Shown here: positions 24,879-39,826 of the stretch, piece by piece | Layout of the letters: the number at the start of each line of letters is the position of its first letter | Position numbering within the stretch: position 1 is the stretch's first letter | Origin: Octopus sinensis | Taxonomy: Eukaryota | Length of the DNA: 64,000 nt | Reading direction: 5' to 3' | Assembly (NCBI RefSeq): GCF_006345805.1 | Contig: NW_021837041.1 | Location: 1 to 64,000, forward strand | The notes under the pieces: generated by a model | What the model was told of the DNA's origin: nothing | What the model saw: only the letters and a program-made list of their open reading frames with translations | The model's database searches: none | Program-made: the position numbers and the translations under genes

Positions 24879-25330
24879 ATCCAAACAAGAAAACACAACA
24901 ACGCGAGGACGTGGAACAAATATAGTATTATTGGATGTTCAGGAAGGAAGGGAAGATGGAGGGTTTAACGTTTCGAGCGGAGCTCTTCGTTGGAAACATA
25001 GGAGAAGGAAAGATCCAGAGAAGGGAAGACAGAGGAAAAAAAAATCGCCAATGGTCCACACACACACGCATATATATATAGTACAAGGAGTAGGGAATCC
25101 GGACAGGTGCCTTATTAGCACTCTGATATAATCTGGTTAACCACATCGAATGATAAGGAACCAACGGAATTGCTTAAGATAAACAATTACACGGTATTTC
25201 CCTTGATAGATAAATCCTGAGTTTGCTCCAATGGATTTCATACAACACACACCGTATAGAATGAAGACATCGGAAAGAAGAAGAAGAAGGGAGGATTACA
25301 AATCTTCAAAATTTGTTTATTACAGTATTT
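24873..25330 (-). mobile_element. (TA)n-associated interspersed element with a decayed hammerhead motif (24963-24997)
   Basis: Reverse complement GUUU CCAACGA A GAGC-UCC-GCUC GAAACGUU AAAC; related motif at 56374-56409. Confidence 0.5.
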
Positions 25331-25529
25331 TTCTCATTAAATTCACATTAGGTCTAATGTGAATTTAATGAGTTTAATACTGCAATAAACATGTTTTGAA
25401 AATGTATAATTCTCCATTCCTCTTTGTGATTCATACAAACATACATACATAAATACACACACACACACACGCATATATATATATAAATATACATATATAT
25501 ATACATACATACACACACATATATATATG

Positions 25530-25583
<54 letters not shown>

Positions 25584-25682
25584 TATACACATACATACAC
25601 ACACATATATATATGTATATATATATATTCATATACATACAAATATACACATGTATATATACGTACATGTGCTACATATATT

Positions 25683-25715
<33 letters not shown>

Positions 25716-25780
25716 CTATCTACCTATTTATCTATCTATCTATATGTATATGTTCACACACACACGCACACACGCACACA

Positions 25781-25827
<47 letters not shown>

Positions 25828-25929
25828 CACACATGTGCTGTTCCGACTAAAATTGACCATTTGCATAAACGGAAAGTACAAATTGAAAAGTATCCCATAC
25901 AAAAATAAAAGTATTTTTGAAAATCAAAA

Positions 25930-26350
25930 AATCTCAACTAGACTGTGGCTGGGAGATAACTCTTTCCTCAAAGTAGCCGCCTTCAACTTCCACCAGGGTC
26001 TCAATATGGCTCCGGAAGCTATCACTTGTATTCTTCACTGTGTTTCGAGGAAGATCTTCGAACACCTTGATCTCGGACACCAGCTCGGCGTTGGTGTTGC
26101 AGGCAGAGCAGTTAGTGTCTTTCTCAAGTGTGTCCCAGACATAGTTATCCATCGGATATCAACTGGGAGAATTAGGGGGTCAGAAAATGGGGCTGGTGAT
26201 GTTGTAGAAATTCTCCGAGAACCACTTCTAACTCTACTCGGAGATATGGCAAGAAGCCGAATCTTGTTGCCACTGATATGGCCTTTCAGCAGCAACCTTT
26301 TCGAATCAGGGTCCGGCAAGTTTCCAGCAGCTTTACATAGCGGTCTGAAT
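25930..26350 (-). pseudogene. Tc1/mariner (maT/DD37D-like) transposase C-terminal fragment
   Basis: '[47 protein letters not shown]'. Confidence 0.8.
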
Positions 26351-26569
26351 TGAGCATAATGTCCTATTAGAAAATTAAGGGATAAACTCTAACGCAGGCA
26401 GAACGCTTGCTGTGTGCATTCCTGCTAAACTTGCCTTCGTGGTTTTCCTCCCAGCTGTCCATGTAGCGTTTTCCTGCCTTTAGTGTTCGTACAGCAGTAA
26501 TCATGATATCTGCATTTTGATATCCAGCACGAATCACCATGACAGAGTTAACATTTTACCAGTATGCAA

Positions 26570-27645
26570 ATGGCTTCCAGTCCGCCATGTCCAAAGAAGT
26601 CACATGACTCTACCGCAACGTATCATTAGAAGAAAGGATGAACCTGTATGAACAGAAGACTATGCATGGATATGATAGGAGAAAGCTCCGTGATGATAGT
26701 AAAATCGATCATCAAAGCAGTTTATCATGGACCAATAGTCGGATTACTACCTCCCACCTTAAAGGGTATGCGTTTGCAATCGAGGAACAGGAAATATCAA
26801 CCAAATACCTAATGCACAAAAGGGATAGAGATGCAGGAAAAGCCGTAAAATGTGACAACCAATGCAGACTTTGTGGCGGTCACACTGAAGATATCACCCA
26901 CATCATAAGCAGTTGTCCGAAAATGTTATCAAGGTTTTATCTACCGATGAGACTTGATGTAGCTAGGACACTCTAATCACAAGAAGAAAGAAATAAGAAT
27001 CCACAGTATGGTAGAAGCCATAACCACTCATAATAAAAATACTGTGGAATGTCCCAGTGACGTCCTCAATAAAATGCAAGCAGAACAGACCTGATATAAT
27101 GATTTGGGATAGAGAAGAGAAACTGTGCACAGCGGATGTTAACATAAAGCTGAAGATCAGTGAAAAAGAGAATACATATGCTGAACTATTGAGAAATCTG
27201 TAGTTACTCTATCCAGATTACATGTTCAGGTTTATACCTGTAATTATTAGGGCCCTGGGATATGTAACACACTGCCTAAATAGCAATCTTGGGAAATTAG
27301 GCTTCTCAAAACCAGAAAAGAGAAAGCTAATTCGAAGACTACAGATCAAATCCATCATAAACATCTGTAAAACTTTCCAGAAGTTTATCATATATATATG
27401 ATAAAATATATATGAGCTTGTCTAGATATGTAACTATGTACTTGAGAAAACATACATAAAACATAAAAATCTGATCATACATACATACATACATACATAC
27501 ATACATACATACATACATACATACATACATACATACATAAAACAAAAATACCCTGTTGTTGATGTTGAAATTCCAATGAGCGAGCCTTAGATCTAGGTTA
27601 GAAACCAGCTCTGTCTCTATTGGCAAGAAATCTTGAAATAAAATC
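26570..27645 (+). mobile_element. 5'-truncated, decayed RLE-type (R4/Dong-like) LINE 3' end with 3' UTR
   Basis: ORF 26638-26976 'CRLCGGHTEDITHIISSC' (CCHC); downstream 'NRPDIMIWDREEK' resembles the PD..D endonuclease motif. Confidence 0.8.
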
Positions 27646-27675
27646 GATCAATGAGACACATACACACACATACAT

Positions 27676-27721
<46 letters not shown>

Positions 27722-28968
27722 ATAATCCATACGCACGCTTGCTCGTACAGGCATGCAGAAGCGGTCAGACATATTGGTTCCTAATTGCATCTGTGTCGCC
27801 TTAGAAAATCACGAGACACTCTAACGAACGTAGAATAGCAGACATACACATACACAAGACACACACACACACACAGAAGCATATAATCATACATAAGTAT
27901 ACATACATCCATGCTTGTATATATATATGTGTATGTGTGCACGTATGTGTGTGTCTGTGTTTGTGTGTATATTTGCATGTACACGTACATGAATACATGC
28001 ATACATAGAATTATATGCGAATATGTATGCACACATACATATGAATATGTATACACACGTACGTACATATATACGTACATACGTACATATATACGTGCAT
28101 GCATGCATATACACATACACATACATAAATGCATCTCATTAAGCGATCTTTATTCGTCGTCTGCTCTCCATCCCTTCCCTCCGTCCCCTTCCTCTCCTCC
28201 TACCATACCCCACTAATCTGTCTTCATTCGTTAGGCGTTTTAATACCCGATCAGGCTCAACAATCGACCGCATCATTTAGACGGAAGTATTACGGGATTA
28301 CATCTATTTCTAATTACGGAATAAATACCACGATGACGTGTCATTCACCGATTGGTTGGCAAAGGGAGAGACGAGCTGGGGGGTTAGTTGTTCGTGGTTG
28401 GGTTTGCTAAAACCGAGACTTTCGTAGATTAGCCCCAGGTTAGCTTTGATCGAGTAGACGTATGACCAGGCCATTCAACCCGTGGCCCTCCCGTCTGTTT
28501 AGAGGTATTTAGAACAATATTTTACACTGTCTTCTTTTTTGTTATTAATGATGTTATGATGCTATCTGAGGGATATTTGACTTCTATTTCTACCCTGGTG
28601 TGACCGACCACGTAGTAGCGTCCCTTTAATTACCTCTCCAATATGAGAGTAGTGGCTGCCAGGGGTGGAGGGGAGTAAAAGTAATTATGTGGGAACGTGG
28701 AAAAGAAAGGATGACGGTAAAGAGGAAAAGGAGGAGGAAGCGGAGAAGGGTAGTAGTGCTGGTGGTGATGATGATAATGATGATGATGATGATGATGGCG
28801 ATGACGACGACGGCAACGATGATGATATCAATCAGGAGGGAAAGTTGGTAGGAGATTATGATGGAGGGGGGATGATGATGTTAGTTGGTGCTATCCTTGT
28901 TGTAGTTATTATTATTATTGCCTTTGTATTGTCCCCCGCATCCTTCGCCCTTGTGGCAAATAAATGAA

Positions 28969-29029
<61 letters not shown>

Positions 29030-29031
<2 letters not shown>

Positions 29032-29588
29032 GAGTGAGAGAGCAGCGCATGCCATCAAAGTGACACTGGGTTAAAATATACGAAACCCAGTATACGCATC
29101 ATGACTACCCGTCTGATAAGGGTGCACTAGGCACATGCATCACAACCATATGTGCGCGACATGGTAATCTCATATCAAGATAAACAGTGCATGACTTTGC
29201 AGGTGGGGCCCAGTTAAAATTTTCTTCTGGTCAAGTAGCCCATCCAGCTCAAAGGGTCCTTGAATAAGGGTTGTTTAAGGATGTTGAACGAAACACCCAT
29301 GTTTCCAGGGGGGAATTATTGAAACCCCAAAGAATCCCTCTCAAAACATGGCTGTGATGCTCCTCCACTACTTCTGCTCGTGATCAGAGATGCACATATC
29401 GTCAGCCACTAAGGGACATGCTCAACTGGTTAAGGTCAAACAACTGACAAGCAAATCTGTGGTATTGAGCAGAATATTTGCTGTCGCCCATCTTTTATAG
29501 CAAGACAAAACAATGTACATGATAACACTTCCAATCAGTTAAGATCAGAAGCCATGTGAGCCACTGCCTGGTACTGCATCAGGGCATT
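29030..29588. mobile_element. Probable interspersed repeat inserted in (TTA)n
   Basis: Discrete ~560-bp block bounded by (TTA)n on both sides; single copy in this window. Confidence 0.35.
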
Positions 29589-29653
29589 TATGATTATTAT
29601 TATTATTATTATTATTATTGTTGTTGTTGTTGCTGTTGTTGTTGTTATTATTA

Positions 29654-29726
<73 letters not shown>

Positions 29727-30021
29727 TAGTTTTATTTTTATAGCGTGCTTTCACTTCACTACCGAGCGCAGCTCTGTGTGCCGTTGGTATGTGCTCTGAT
29801 TTTTTGTGATGCTCTGATGGTTACTGCATTGAAATTGTTTTGCGTAGGATGTGTGCAGTGCCTAGTAGTGCAATTATCTGTATGTTATATATATTTGTAA
29901 GTCCTGTTGTTTTTTATATGTATTTGTCTGAATATTTTTTTATCATGCCTAATGCACCTACTATGATAGGAATTGTTTCTGTTTTTAGATTCCACATTCG
30001 AGTTACCTCTATTTCCAGGTC

Positions 30022-30166
<145 letters not shown>

Positions 30167-31214
30167 CACCATCGATTCATTACGTTGAAATTCCGCCGAT
30201 GTTAACTTATCCTTTTTCCCTTTCGGAGTCCATAAAATAAGTAACCGTTTAGCAGTGGGGTTGATGTAAATGACTCATCTCTACCCCTTAAATTTCAGGC
30301 CTTGTACCGAGAATAGAAAGGATTGTTATTATTTCCTATGCGCACTACAGATGAGATTGTTGGGGGAAATAATCCAACATCAAGCTACAACAAATAACCT
30401 ATAAAAAAAGAAAAGAATCCTGACATCAGACTACAACATGTAACCTCCTTAGATGCCAAGAACCCACCTAGGTATCCAAACTGCCACGAATAACACTGTT
30501 TTCTGCAGCTGTACTAAACTAAGTTTATCTTCTCATATATTTAGGGATGGTTCCTAATGCACCCATAACTACGGGGATACATTCTACCCGAGAGGATGGA
30601 AAGCAAATTTGAACACAGAAACACCATTGAGCCTTTTGCAGGCCATAAACATTGATTTCAAATTTTGTCACAAGGCCAATAATTTGTTTAACCGGTACTT
30701 ATTTTATCGACTCGGAGAGGTTGAAAGGTAACGTCATCCGGAGCGGAATTTGAACTCAGAACGTCAATCGGAGAAATTGGCGCTAAGCATCGTGCGGACC
30801 AGAAAATATTAACAATAACAAAGCCGAAGTAAATTCTAATGAGAGGCTCTTGAGGTGTACTTGTCTGGTAAATTATTTAATCTGAGGGTGTCTGTTGAAT
30901 CTCAAGAAATTACAGCACGGAAGACAGACATTAGCCATTTGAAAATAGAACAAATGTTAATTTCACTTAATCACGTGTTATTAGAGTTAAAAGTTTTTGT
31001 TAGTTAACTTTCAGTTTCTCTTGAATTACGATAATAAAAATATCCATAAAAATTCTTTCATTGTTCTCGCATGAAAAAAAAAAAAAACCAACAACAAAGA
31101 ATGGAAGAAGAAGGAAATGTTATTTTTCTCGCAATGAACAACGCGAGAATTTGTTGATTAACGTGTAGAACGACTGAAAAATCGAGACAAAATACAAAAA
31201 GAAGCCAGATTTAG

Positions 31215-31261
<47 letters not shown>

Positions 31262-31276
31262 TAATACTACTACTAC

Positions 31277-31343
<67 letters not shown>

Positions 31344-31415
31344 ATAATAATAATAATATAATAATAATAATAATATAATAATAATAATAATAATAATAAT
31401 AACTAATAATAATAA
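31215..31415. repeat. (TAA)n microsatellite
   Basis: Direct reading. Confidence 0.95.
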
Positions 31416-32343
31416 GAAGAAGAATAAGGCGGCTGGACGTGACAGAGGATGGACGTATTTTTACGATGCTCTGAACTGGCAACAGCGAACCCAGCAGGTC
31501 AACTGTAGAAAACTGGAAGATCTACTGTTTACTGTAAGTAATTTGAATTACCCTCAAAATAAGTAAAAAAAAAAAAAACTTACATATCTACAGCTCATAC
31601 AAACGTACACCTAACAAGAAAAATTAGAAACATAATATCTCCAATTCTGTGTGAACATTTACATTTAGTCGTCTCTCATGACTATAAGAATGTGTAAAAT
31701 TGCCTTTTAAATTACCTTTTTTGTAACAACACAATTAAATGCACGATAAAAAGTTATGGAATTAAGCACCTACTACAATATACATACAACTGAATTCAGA
31801 ATTTAAAAATATATACATAACATTGAACTCAGAAAGTTATTTAAAAAAAGAAAAAAAAATCTTCGACGAAAACATCAGATAATATGTGTGAGTGAATATA
31901 CATATATATACATATACATATGCATGTGGTGAAGAAGAAAAGAGAAAGGAAAAAAATAAATAAATAAATAAATAAACGTAAACAGGTTTGACCTTTTACT
32001 GACCATTAACGTCCTTTGTCTCCACCATCTACCGTAGCTATTTATAGACCCAAAGAACATGAATTCTTTAACCACCCATTCTCCAACACAATGGAGTGTT
32101 GATGGTGGCTGTGGCTACACATAAAACAATGTCATTGAAGATGATGATGGTGATGGTGATGTTGCTGATGATGGTGATGGTGGTGAAGATGATAGTAATA
32201 ACAATAATAACTGACAGATCCCGTCTTTTTCCCTTTCTTTTCGTTTCCTTCTCCGTATTTTATTCTCATTATTTCGAACTAATACAGACACAGTAAGCCT
32301 TGAAGAAAGGAAGAGGAGGAAAGGAAAAAAAAAAAAAAAAAAA

Positions 32344-35300
32344 ATGTCCGGAGATAAAACTATCAACAAAAAAAATACAGACGAATATAGATCTGCTAGT
32401 CTTAAGAAGCGGCGCTATGAGCAATGCTTACATGTAGTGAACCCTAAACTGACAGATCCATCTCCTAATATAAGAATGGATGCTCGTCATGCTTCAAGGT
32501 CAACAAATCAAACAATAAACCGCATTGGTCATTGCGCGGATTACAAAAGACCACGTACCCGAAAATTGAACCAAATCCTGATTGAAAAATCAGTTACTGG
32601 ATCAAATCTTCCCAACACACAGGAGCTGGACGAACCCCACAACCGGAATATTCCAACAGATGGCCATCCATGCTCATCACCAAATAATCAAAAGAAAAAG
32701 AAGGAAAAATGGTCTAGGGAAGATAATAAAGAAGTTCTTGAGGCCTTCTACCATGCCATATATTTCCCCACAGATAAGTCTAGCACTGTACAAGCATACT
32801 TAAACTGGAGACAGAAACACCCTGAAGTAAGACCCTACATAGACAGTAACAAGCTTGCCAATGTTAGAAGAAACATTATAAAAAAAGAATTACTGACTGA
32901 AGTAGAGATTGATCAGGTTAGACAAGCAATATCGGATAAAATGAACGAAGCTGCAGCTAGAGAAGATAATACAGAGGAAATGATTATAGACCAGCCCAGG
33001 GCGGATAAAAACGAAGAGAGGATTGAAAGAGTTAGTATAAGTGATAGGCAAAGTGAAATACGCCCTGAACCAATCATAAACACTAAGACAGATGAGCATC
33101 AAATAGATAAAGAAAGTCACACAAATATTGACCCACAGAACTACATGAGCTAAAAAATCAAATCATGATTGAATGGCTGAAAATTAAAGAAACCAGCATG
33201 GATGAGCGTGATACACTTCCTAAAATCCGCAACTCTAACCAAAACATGAAAATAATTGGTAAAATCCGGCTTGCACTTAAGGATATAATTTCAGTTAATG
33301 ATGTTGATATCACAAACCTCAACCACCTATACTATGCATCCGCGAAAATCTCAACGATCCTATGTGGTGTAAAGATTAGAAAACGGCAACAGTCCCACAA
33401 AAAGCCTTCTTGGCAAGAGCGTCTGCAACAACAAATTAAAATATTTAGATCTGACATTGAATATTTGAAAAACCTTAAGGCTCACAAGATTACCAAACCT
33501 ACAAAAACCCAAAAATTACTGAAAAAATACAATATGAAAACTATACTTGATATTGATGCCACCATAGAAACCATCAAACAAAAGGTATCTGCCAAAGCTG
33601 CCCGCATAGCGAGGTATGAAAAGCGTGTTAGATTTTTCAAGGACAACAACATGTTCAAAAATAACACCAAGAATTTTTACAGGAAGATAGGAAAAACAGC
33701 GTTTACTGCAGGGTCTGTACCATCAAAAGAAGAAGTGCAGAGATTTTGGAATAAAATCTGGGCAGAAGAAAAAACACACAACGAAAAGGCCCCCTGGATT
33801 GACAGAATATCTACAGAACTGGACCCCTTAGAAGAGCAAAAGTGGGAGGGTGTCAAGGTAGAAGATATAAGATCTGCTCTCAGGAGGTCAAGCAAATGGA
33901 AGTCTCCAGGAAAGGATAAAATTCCTAACTTCTGGCTGAATGCCTTCCCAGAGAGCCATGAACTGCTAACAGAACTGTACAATGATGTTTTGCAACACCC
34001 TAGTAGGATGCCTCCTTGGCTAGTTAATGGGTTAACATTCCTGCTTCCAAAAAGTGAAGAAACAAATGAACCAAAAAACTATAGACCCATAACCTGCTTA
34101 ACAACTATGTACAAAACACTAACATCTGTCCTGACGGAATATACCTATAGTTTTTTAACAGACAGCAGCATATTCCCTAATGAACAGAAAGGATGTAAAC
34201 GTGGATCCTACGGCTGTAAAGACCAACTACTCATCAATAAGATGATCTTAGAAGATTGTCACAAACGACACAAAAACTTATCAATAGCCTGGATAGACTA
34301 TAAAAAGGCTTTTGATAGCCTACCACATAGCTGGATTAGGAAATGCCTTGAAATGTATAAGATAGCACCAACTCTGCGAAACTTCTTGACTGTAAGTATG
34401 AGATCATGGAGAACCACACTAACTCTGAACAGTGACAGTGAATCCCTAAATGCTGGTGATGTAAAAATTTCGTGTGGCATTTTCCAGGGTGACTCACTGT
34501 CACCACTCCTCTTTTGTTTATCCTTAATACCTCTCTCAAAGCTGCTCAATGACGCGCAGTACGGGTATAAAATGTTTGATAAAAATATAAATCATCTCGT
34601 TTACATGGATGATTTAAAGCTTTTTGCAAAAAATGATCAACAACTCAAGGGCTTACTAGCGATAGTCAAACAATTCAGTGACGACATCAGAATGCAATTC
34701 GGCCTCGATAAATGTGCAAAGGCTACCTTTATCAAAGGAAAAATGACAGAAACATCTAACGTTAACCTTGACCAACAGAATGTCATAAAAGAACTAGACC
34801 CAGCGGAGAGCTACAAGTACCTAGGGATAATTGAAGGGAACGGAATAAGGCATTCAGAGATGAAGGAAAGGATCAGGAGAGAATGCTATCGAAGAGTGAG
34901 AGCAATACTCAAGACAGAGCTGAATGCAAGAAACAGGATCGAAGCAATCAATGCATTAGCTATACCAGTCGTGACTTACAGTTTCAATATTGTTAACTGG
35001 TCAATTACTGAAATATGTCAGCTCGACAGAAAAATAAGGAAACTGTTGACAATGCATAGAATGCACCACCCTAAGGCAGATACAGAACGACTCTATCTGC
35101 CAAGAAAAGAGGGAGGCCGTGGTCTTTTGCAACTGGCAATAACAATGAAGATTGCTACAATTGGCCTAGACACCTACCTGAAAAACTCTGAGGACTGGAT
35201 GCTAAAACTTGTCTCAAAACATGAAAACAAGAAAGCATCATACTCAGTCACAAAACAGGCAAAGGAATATCTAAGTGAATTCCGAATACAACCAATTTCG

Positions 35301-36390
35301 GAATTAGAGATAGATATACAAGAAACAAGCACAGAAAAAGCTAGGCGCATGAAAACCCGTGCCAAAACTGCGGCCTTAGATATTCTGAATAATAAATGGC
35401 AAGAAAAACCTCTCTATGGCAAATACCCAAAGAGAGCGAATAATGCAGATATCGACAAAGCCCTGACCCATCAATGGCTAATGGCCTCTGGCTTAAAATC
35501 TGAAACAGAGGGGTTTATCATAGCAGCTCAAGATCAATGCCTACCAACAAGAAACTACCAGGCCAACATATTAAAGATCAGAAGCAGTCCAACGTGTCGT
35601 GTATGCAGCAACAAAATGAAACCATTGACCATGTGGTCTCCAAGTGCAGTCTTCTAGCGCCTACAGAGTATCTCAACAGGCACGATAGAGCTGCACAATA
35701 TATTCACTGGGTAATCTGTAAAAACCTGGATTTGCCCCATGAAAAAAACTGGTGGGAACACAAACCACCCCCAGTGCTTGAAAATGACCACATCTCACTC
35801 CTCTGGAACTTCACCATTCAAACTGACAGGAATATAGATGCAAATAGGCCAGACATCATATTGAAAAACTTCAAACAAAGAACATGCCTCCTCATTGATA
35901 TGACTGTCCCAATCGATATAAACGTATCTGTCAAGACCTACCAAAAACTGAGCAAATATAAAGATCTTGAAATAGAAATCAGCAAAATGTGGAAGCTGAA
36001 GACTAAAACAATACCTGTTGTCATAGGTGCCCTGGGAATGATAGCAAAAGGGGCTGATAGCTACCTAACTCAGATACCAGGAAACCCAAAAATGGCAGAA
36101 GTTCAAAAGATAGTGCTCATGGGAACTGCTCATATCCTACGCAAAATACTCTCTATGTAATCTCAAGGTTTAAAACAAACATAATTTTCGGTTTAAAAAA
36201 AAAAAAAAAAAAAAAAACCTTTTTTTTTAATTTTTTTTTTAGACATTCATTAGTACAACATCCCCACCCCCCAAATATATGGCACACTAGGCATAACAAC
36301 AACATGAACTTCCAACCCTGTTGTCTCTTGAGGTCTCTGGGTGAGACTTGGAGCCAACTTGTACAAATATAAAGCAAAAGTCAAACATAG
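32344..36390 (+). mobile_element. Near-intact R4/Dong-clade non-LTR retrotransposon (single ORF broken by two 1-nt frameshifts; 3' end abuts (TAA)n)
   Basis: RT motifs 'WKSPGKDKI', 'YRPITCL', 'GIFQGDSLSPLLF', 'VYMDDLKLF'; CCHC 'CRVC..ETIDHVVSKC'; 'RHD..RPDII..LID..K..KY' restriction-like endonuclease; 3' UTR about 230 nt, then (TAA)n. The 5' boundary is uncertain. Confidence 0.92.
33165..35657 (+). pseudogene. RT-domain segment of the R4/Dong-like ORF (830 aa), flanked by frameshifted N-terminal (32344-33153) and RLE (35537-36160) segments
   Basis: ORF track plus manual frame joining at about 33140 and 35608. Confidence 0.9.
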
Positions 36391-36405
36391 AATAATAATA
36401 TAATA

Positions 36406-36478
<73 letters not shown>

Positions 36479-37462
36479 TAATACTAATAATAATATAATA
36501 TAATAATAATAAAAAATAAAATACAACAACATATAAGGTAGTAATCCACCTTCAGCAAATAACGAGAACTGTTCAGAAACATAAGCCAATCCGAAATTTC
36601 AGACATACGGACTTCCACTGTACATTATGGAAGCTCTCTGCTTTTGATTAGAATAAATTTTTTTTAATCTTTTTTTTAAACTTATATATATATATATAAT
36701 TTTTTTTTTCAAATTTCTTTCTTTCGAAATGATTATCTAATATTGAATATAAGATAAAATAAAACAGCAACAAACGGTAGCGGAATAGTAAATTAGCATA
36801 TATAAGCAAAGAAATATAACAAGAAGAAAAAAAAAAAAGAACAAGAACAAGAACAAGAACAGAAGGATAAAAAAAAAACGAAAAAGAAAGACAACAAGAA
36901 TATCGCATCAGTTATCTCTTAAATCCTATAACGTGTAAAAAACTTCAGCATTCGGAAATTAAAGTTGACGCAACTTTCTCAGATAGCTCTGATAACATTT
37001 CTGTAAGACTTCTCAGAAATGAAATAAAATTGGTTTAAGCAACTTTGACTGAAGCCGAATGCCATTCTTAAGTATATTATAAAGAATTTAACAATGAGAT
37101 TGATTCGCTTCCACTCTACAGATGAGAGAAAAACATTGCTCTACTTTCTTTTCCAACACAAAGACGCTCTCATACATTCATTCACTCACTCACTCACTCT
37201 TTCAATCTCTGTCTCTCCCCCTCTCTTTCACGCAAGATTTCCCCCTCCTCGTCACAATCTCCTTCTCTTTAATTCTCTCTCTCTCTCTCTCTGTGTTTCT
37301 CTCTTTGTACTTATTTGTCTCTTCGGATTTACCTTCTTTACCGAAATACCAGCAGAGTGAGAATTACATTCTAATGCATGCAACAAACATACACACATAT
37401 AAATCAACACACACACACAGACGTGTATATATATTATATATATATATATATATATAATATAT

Positions 37463-37505
<43 letters not shown>

Positions 37506-37596
37506 GTGTGTGTGTATATATTTATATATACACACACACACACACACACATACACACAAAAGCTCAAACGATTATATGAGCCAAATTATCAAAACC

Positions 37597-37634
<38 letters not shown>

Positions 37635-38080
37635 ATGTATATGCTGTATGTATTTTGGAATTGTGATAAAAAAACTGATACATACATAGATACATTATAC
37701 TTGTACACACACACACACACACACACGCATATATATATGTGTGCGTGTGTGTGTCTGTGTGTGTATCTGTGTCTGTGTGTATGCTGTATGTATTCTGGAA
37801 TTGTAATAAAAACTATACCAAAACTGATACATATATGCATTATACTTGTACGCACACACACATGCACACATGCACACATACACACACAAAAGCTTAAACG
37901 CTTATATGAATCAAATCATCAAAACCATACATAATCGCATTAACACAAGCATACACACACACATATACACACACACATAAACACCTGCCATCTTACATAT
38001 ACACACTGACACGTACGTATATCTACACATAACTCATAATATGTATAAATACTTCGACACATACAACTGTATATAAATGG

Positions 38081-38114
<34 letters not shown>

Positions 38115-38116
<2 letters not shown>

Positions 38117-38810
38117 TCTTTTACTCTTTTACTTGTTTGCCATGCTGGAGCACCGCCTTTAGTTGAGCAAATCGACCCCGGGACTTATTCTTTGAAAGCC
38201 CAGTACTTATTCTATCAGTCTCTTTTGCCGAACCGCTAAGTGACGGGGACGTAAAAAAACCAGCATCGGTTGTCAAGCAATGCTAGGGGGACAAACACAG
38301 ACACACAAATACGCACATACATATATATATATACATATATACGACAGGCTTCTTTCAGTTTCCGTTCTTCCAAATCCACTCACAAGGCATTGGTTGGCCC
38401 GGGGCTATAGCAGAAGACACTTGCCCAAGATGCCACGCAGTGGGACTGAACCCGGAACCATGTGGTTGGTTAGCAAACTACTTACCACACAGCCACTCCT
38501 GCACCTATATATATATAAATGTATATGTATATACACTTTTACCCTCTTTTTACTCTTTTACACGTTTCAGTCATTTGACACCTGCGACCAGGCTGGAGCG
38601 CCGCATTTAATCGTAGAAATCGACCCCCAGGACTTATTCTTTGGAAGTGCTTATTCTATCGGGTTCTTTTGTCGAACCGCTAGGTGACGGGGACATAAAC
38701 ACACCAACCAAGCGATCGAGGGAGGGGGACAAATACAGACAGACAAATAAATATATACATACACATAAATATATATATATATATATATATACACGACGGG
38801 CTTCTTTCTG
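38115..38810 (-). mobile_element. Two adjacent SINE copies (family of 4343-4764); the second is older and partial
   Basis: High similarity of 38115-38493 to 4343-4764. Confidence 0.85.
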
Positions 38811-38871
38811 TTTCCACTCACGAGCTCTATACTGTACTCTACTATGTTTTTGACAGAATATACCATATCTA

Positions 38872-38905
<34 letters not shown>

Positions 38906-38923
38906 TCTCTCTCTCTCTCTCTG

Positions 38924-38954
<31 letters not shown>

Positions 38955-39439
38955 TATAATACATTGGAATAAATAGACATACTAGAATGTTTACCGGCTG
39001 ATGCTTGTCGATTTTGTATCCTCTCCACTTTCTTATTTGCCGTATAACTTAAGGGTAAATCACTTTTAACCCCGCCCATACACAACACTCAATTACGAGA
39101 TTGCCAAGCAATAACCAGTACTTGGGTATGAATGATTGGGTATTCTACCAGCAGTATATTGGATAGGTACTATCCCTTAGTAGGTTTCTCATCCTCTAAC
39201 TCATACAGATACAAATATATACTGTCTTGGCCAAAAGTGTTAGGCCGCCCCAATGTTTTGGGGTTCTACTATCCTAATGTTAATGAAACTTGTGCACATG
39301 TTAGATTATGGTATATTTCACAAAATTCATTAGTTTTAATATCTGTTTGACTCTCCTTTAGCACACAGTTACAGCTTCTATACGGTTAGGCATTGAATCA
39401 ACTAGTTTCTTGCATGTACTACGTGGAATTTTACTCCAT

Positions 39440-39826
39440 TCTTCTCTCAACGTTTGGTACAAATGTTCTTTATTGTTGTCTTCCTGATAGCTTCACCAAG
39501 AGTTCCCCTTAGGTCTTCAATTGGACTTAGATCAGGACTTTGAGCTGGACAGTCCGTGGGAACAATATTCTGCGTCTCAAACCATTGACGAGTATTCTTT
39601 GCTGTATGACATGGAATGTTTTTGTTCCACGTACTTCTCGAGATTTTTGCTTATTGTTTCCAGGGCTTCGACAATTATTGGTACTACTGCTACCTTTTTC
39701 ATCGACCACAACTGCTTAACTTCCCAAGCTAACCTGTCATATCTCTCGACTTTTCTTTCTTCCTTAACGCATACCTTGTTGTCAGCTGGGTAAGCTATGT
39801 CTATGATCCAGTATAATTTTTGTCCC
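39440..39826 (-). mobile_element. RLE-type LINE 3' fragment
   Basis: ORF 39577-39936 part 'WIIDIAYPADNKVCVKEERKVERYDRLAWEVKQLWSMKKVAVVPIIVEAL'. Confidence 0.8.

Noticed and set aside
31425-31500. HDV-like ribozyme at the putative 5' end of the R4/Dong element (GGCAACAGCGAA motif)
   Set aside because: J4/2-like and P2-like pieces are present, but I could not build P1, P3 and P1.1 in the required order; the element's 5' end is also undefined.
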